Below are positions 27,567-32,000 of a stretch of DNA of 32,000 nt, in pieces; positions within the stretch are counted from its first letter, which is position 1, and each line of letters opens with the position of its first letter. The notes under the pieces are model-generated. The model made no database searches. It worked only from the letters and a program-made list of their open reading frames with translations, and was not told where the DNA came from. This DNA is from Corynebacterium amycolatum (GTDB lineage Bacteria > Actinomycetota > Actinomycetes > Mycobacteriales > Mycobacteriaceae): the NCBI RefSeq assembly GCF_049243625.1, contig NZ_CP046975.1; one strand, 5' to 3'. The translations under genes and the position numbers were made by a program.

Positions 27567-29939
27567 ATGTCGCAGCTTGTCGAGGGGCAGATTCTCGATG
27601 GTCGCTACCGTATTGGAGCCACCATCGCACACGGTGGGATGAGCACCGTGTACTGCGCCACCGATTTGCGGCTCGATCGCAGGGTGGCCGCAAAGGTCAT
27701 GGATCCGCGTTTTGTCGACGACGAATCTTTCCGCATCCGCTTCGAACGTGAGGCCCGCGCGGTCGCGCACCTCAATGACGAGTCGCTCGTCAACGTCTAC
27801 GACCAGGGCACGGATCCGGCGGGACATGTGTTCCTCATTATGGAATTCGTCGACGGGGGGACCCTCCGCGAGCTGCTCCGTCAGCGCGGTCCGATGCCTC
27901 CGCATGCAGCTGCCGTCGTGATGCGCTCGGTTCTGCGCGCTCTATCGGTGGCGCATTCTCGCGGCATGGTGCACCGAGATATCAAGCCGGAAAATGTGCT
28001 GATTGCTTCGGACGGGCGGGTGAAGCTGGCGGATTTCGGTCTAGTGCGCGCGGCCGCTGATGCCAAGGTGACCTCTAACTCGGTCATCGTCGGCACCGTC
28101 GCTTATCTGGCTCCGGAGCAGGTCACGGGTGAATCCATCTCCCCTGCCTCCGATGTGTATGCGGCGGGTATTTTGCTCTTTGAGCTACTTACCGGCACCA
28201 CTCCATTCATCGCCGATTCCTCACTGGGCGTTGCCATGAAGCGATTGAACGAAGATGTCCCGCCACCTTCGGAGCTCATCGACGGCGTTCCCGAGGAGTT
28301 CGACGAGTTGGTCGCCCACGCTTGTTCCCGCAGGCCGGAGGATCGGTTTGAGACGGCCGAGGAATTCGGTGACGCCCTCGAAGACATTGCGGACAAGCTC
28401 GCGCTGCCCCCATTCCGCGTGCCGTCGCCCGTAAATTCAGCAGCCGCCAACGCTGCCGCCATGGAGGGGCTCACAGAGGACTTCCACCGACCGCGCAACG
28501 ACCATTTCGATGACCGACACGGCACCGCAGAGACGGCACCCGAGCGCTTCGGTCACGACGGCTATGGCTTCTCGACGGACGTACCCGGTAACCCCGTTTC
28601 TTCCCGACCACCGGGACCACCGAATATTTTCGATGATTTCGACGACCCGAATGCGGGGCGGACACGCACTTTCAATCGCCATGACGGGTACAACCCCACT
28701 GGCTGGGAATCCCCGGAGCCGTCTGGTGGAGCTCTCGTACCAGCCGACGTCCCGGGTGCTCCGGAATATCCGCTGCCGCCGGACACTCAGGGCGCACAGC
28801 ACCCGCAGCATCCGCAGCCGCGATCTGCTCAGACTCAGACGCCGAAGAGCCGTCGAGCTACCCGACAGCGGACGCGCCGTGGATGTGCATTGTGGCTGAT
28901 TATCGCCCTGGTTGCCACGTTGGGCATGGGGCTTGGCGCATGGTGGCTGGGCTCTGGCCGTTACGGCGAAGTGCCTTCTATCGCTGGGCTGTCACAACCA
29001 CAGGCGATGACCGCAATCAGTGAGGCGGGCTTTGAACCGGTGGTTGATGAGCGCTACGACAACGATGTCGCAGTGTCCCAGATTATTGGCTCGGACCCTC
29101 TGGCTGGAGCGCGGGTTGTCCGCGGTGATGATGTTCGCGTACTGGTCAGCCTTGGCCGCCCGACTGTGCCCGCATATCCCGCGAACCACTCAAAGGAAGT
29201 GTTCAGCGCTGCCCTAGCTAAGCGGACGTTGAAAGAAGAGGTCGGAGACCCCGTCTTTTCCGATGATGTCTCCACGGGCGGCTTGGTCTTTGCGGTTCCT
29301 GCTCCAGGACAGACCGTCGAAGTTGGCTCAGTTGTGACTGTGCATTACTCCCAGGGTCCAGCACCGGTGAAGGTGCCAAAGATCGTGGGGCTTCAAGAGG
29401 ATGAAGCTCGTGAGCTGTTGAGCAAGGCCGGGCTGGAAGTCCGGGAGGTATCGGCGGAGTTTTCCTCCTCTGCTGAGCCGGAAGAGGTTCTTTCCGTGTC
29501 TCCTGAGGAAGGCACTGGCCTCGAACGCGGTAGTTCTGTGACGTTGACCATTAACAACGGCATCGAAGTGCCCAATGTAGTGGGCAAGTCGGAGGATACT
29601 GCTCGTCAAATTCTGCAGCGCGAGGGCATTGAGGTAAGCGAAGTAAAGGACGCGTCCTCCTCCTCGCGCGACTACGGCCGTGTTGACGCAGTCTCACCAA
29701 GTGCAGGTCGTCTGGTTAACCCCAATGATGCGACTGTCACGCTGACCGTGTCCAGAGCAGTGAAGGTTCCGCAGCTGCTGGGTAAAACTGTTGCGCAGGC
29801 ACGTCGTGAAGCGGAGAAACAGCATCTTCAGCTCGACATCGACGGCTCTGCGAACGATGACGATCGCATCGTATTGCAGTCACCCCGACCGGGCGCTAAG
29901 GCCACGGCGGGTGACAGCATTTCGGTCAGCACTCTGTAA
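27567..29939 (+). CDS. pknL: Ser/Thr protein kinase PknL with a TM segment and five extracellular PASTA repeats
   Basis: Start set at the ATG at 27567 (MSQLVEGQILDGRYRIG), with GGAAGG upstream. The ORF-track extension to 27384 overlaps the divergent gene. Hanks kinase motifs are present (AAKVM, HRDIKPENV, DFG, APE). A Pro-rich linker follows, then a TM at about 28884-28955 and five PASTA-like repeats across 28971-29936. Confidence 0.9.
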   Translation: MSQLVEGQILDGRYRIGATIAHGGMSTVYCATDLRLDRRVAAKVMDPRFVDDESFRIRFEREARAVAHLNDESLVNVYDQGTDPAGHVFLIMEFVDGGTLRELLRQRGPMPPHAAAVVMRSVLRALSVAHSRGMVHRDIKPENVLIASDGRVKLADFGLVRAAADAKVTSNSVIVGTVAYLAPEQVTGESISPASDVYAAGILLFELLTGTTPFIADSSLGVAMKRLNEDVPPPSELIDGVPEEFDELVAHACSRRPEDRFETAEEFGDALEDIADKLALPPFRVPSPVNSAAANAAAMEGLTEDFHRPRNDHFDDRHGTAETAPERFGHDGYGFSTDVPGNPVSSRPPGPPNIFDDFDDPNAGRTRTFNRHDGYNPTGWESPEPSGGALVPADVPGAPEYPLPPDTQGAQHPQHPQPRSAQTQTPKSRRATRQRTRRGCALWLIIALVATLGMGLGAWWLGSGRYGEVPSIAGLSQPQAMTAISEAGFEPVVDERYDNDVAVSQIIGSDPLAGARVVRGDDVRVLVSLGRPTVPAYPANHSKEVFSAALAKRTLKEEVGDPVFSDDVSTGGLVFAVPAPGQTVEVGSVVTVHYSQGPAPVKVPKIVGLQEDEARELLSKAGLEVREVSAEFSSSAEPEEVLSVSPEEGTGLERGSSVTLTINNGIEVPNVVGKSEDTARQILQREGIEVSEVKDASSSSRDYGRVDAVSPSAGRLVNPNDATVTLTVSRAVKVPQLLGKTVAQARREAEKQHLQLDIDGSANDDDRIVLQSPRPGAKATAGDSISVSTL

Positions 29940-29973
29940 AAAAGTGCGGCGCTCTACTGAGTGCGGTGCTGCA

Positions 29974-30011
29974 CTAGCTGGGCTAGTTGTACCTAGCTGA
30001 GCTGGTTGCAA
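29974..30011. repeat. Imperfect 19-bp tandem duplication in the pknL/aroG convergent spacer
   Basis: ctagctgggctagttgtac (29974-29992) is followed by ctagctgagctggttgcaa (29993-30011), and a third partial copy, ctagttg, starts at 30012. CTAGTTG (29984) / CAACTAG (30009) can also pair. Confidence 0.6.
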
Positions 30012-31403
<1,392 letters not shown>

Positions 31404-31465
31404 TCATTGTAGTGCCCCTGCCAGAAGGGTGTTAGTCAGGTCACCAAATATTCGCATTCCGCTGC

Positions 31466-31957
31466 TTAATCAAGCGGCAACTTCTGGGCAATCTTTTGAA
31501 ACTTCAGCAGATTGTGCTGGGCATCTGCCAGCGCATCGTGCTTACCTGCAGTCTGTTTTGGTAACCGTGGCTTGCCCGCCATCTCCCAGTACTGCTTGAG
31601 TTCACGGGTATAGCGCGGCATGAACTGCGGCAGCTTGGTCATATCGCCCCAAAGCTGCACCAACGCAATATGGTCGTAGGCGCCTACCCAGGCCCACAGC
31701 TCTGGACTGCCCGTACCGGGTTCGGTGAAAAATGCCAGCAGTTCCTCGCGGATCGTGTCCCGGTTCTTCCACAGCGGAGATGAGGGATTGGGCAGCTGAT
31801 TGAGCACATTGGCCCGCACCCACGGCCCAGCCTTGCTCTCGTTGAACTCGGTAGACACCGCGTAGTACTCGCGGCCGTCCTCAGCTACGACACCGATGGA
31901 GACAAGATCAATAGTCTTGCCGTCTTCAATAAACTCGGTGTCATAAAAATAACGCAC
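31466..31957 (-). CDS. DEDDh 3'-5' exoribonuclease (Rv2179c-like)
   Basis: 163 aa. Motifs FYDTEF (D,E), GAYDHIAL (D) and HDALADA (H,D). GTG start with GGAGAGGA upstream. Syntenic with Rv2179c next to aroG. Confidence 0.82.
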   Translation of the reverse strand: MRYFYDTEFIEDGKTIDLVSIGVVAEDGREYYAVSTEFNESKAGPWVRANVLNQLPNPSSPLWKNRDTIREELLAFFTEPGTGSPELWAWVGAYDHIALVQLWGDMTKLPQFMPRYTRELKQYWEMAGKPRLPKQTAGKHDALADAQHNLLKFQKIAQKLPLD

Positions 31958-32000
31958 GGTGTGGAATCCTCTCCAGCCTCGGCCTCGCGTCGGCTACCTC

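Overview
High-GC actinobacterial chromosomal segment, almost certainly a Corynebacterium. The FtsZ N-terminus closely matches my recollection of C. glutamicum FtsZ, there is no ftsA, and gene order is colinear with M. tuberculosis Rv2150c-Rv2179c. Positions 1-17182, all on the minus strand, hold a complete division/cell-wall (dcw) cluster: mraZ-rsmH-ftsL-like-ftsI-murE-murF-mraY-murD-ftsW-murG-murC-ftsQ-ftsZ, with ftsZ truncated at the window edge. Positions 17183-17891 are a 709-bp non-coding mraZ upstream region that is unusually dense in GTGGG (MraZ-box-like) repeats and ends at a strong bidirectional terminator. Positions 17892-20506 hold a conserved block of poorly characterised genes: a DUF3040 membrane protein, a histidine-free SAV_6107/HEPN-like protein, a GNAT acetyltransferase and lipoprotein LppM. 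Positions 20510-27084 hold metF and then a plus-strand isoprenoid/envelope group, idsA, crtI-like, mptA and crtB-like. In this group the lipomannan mannosyltransferase gene sits between the two carotenoid-type genes. Positions 27113-31957 hold an Rv2175c-like DNA-binding protein divergent from pknL (five PASTA repeats), class II DAHP synthase aroG, and an Rv2179c-like DEDDh exoribonuclease. I found no tRNA, rRNA, CRISPR array, transposase, integrase or recognisable defence or toxin-antitoxin module. This is mostly core, syntenic genome, and I do not see convincing evidence for a new multi-gene system. The observations most worth follow-up are regulatory: the two oppositely oriented MraZ-box arrays, a terminator/alternative-pairing RNA element between mraZ and rsmH, and the interleaving of mptA with crt-like genes. 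Several ORF-track starts are over-extended (murG, pknL, ftsQ, DUF3040, the HEPN-like gene) and were trimmed using RBS, neighbour and homology logic. All functional calls come from reading the translations, not from database searches.
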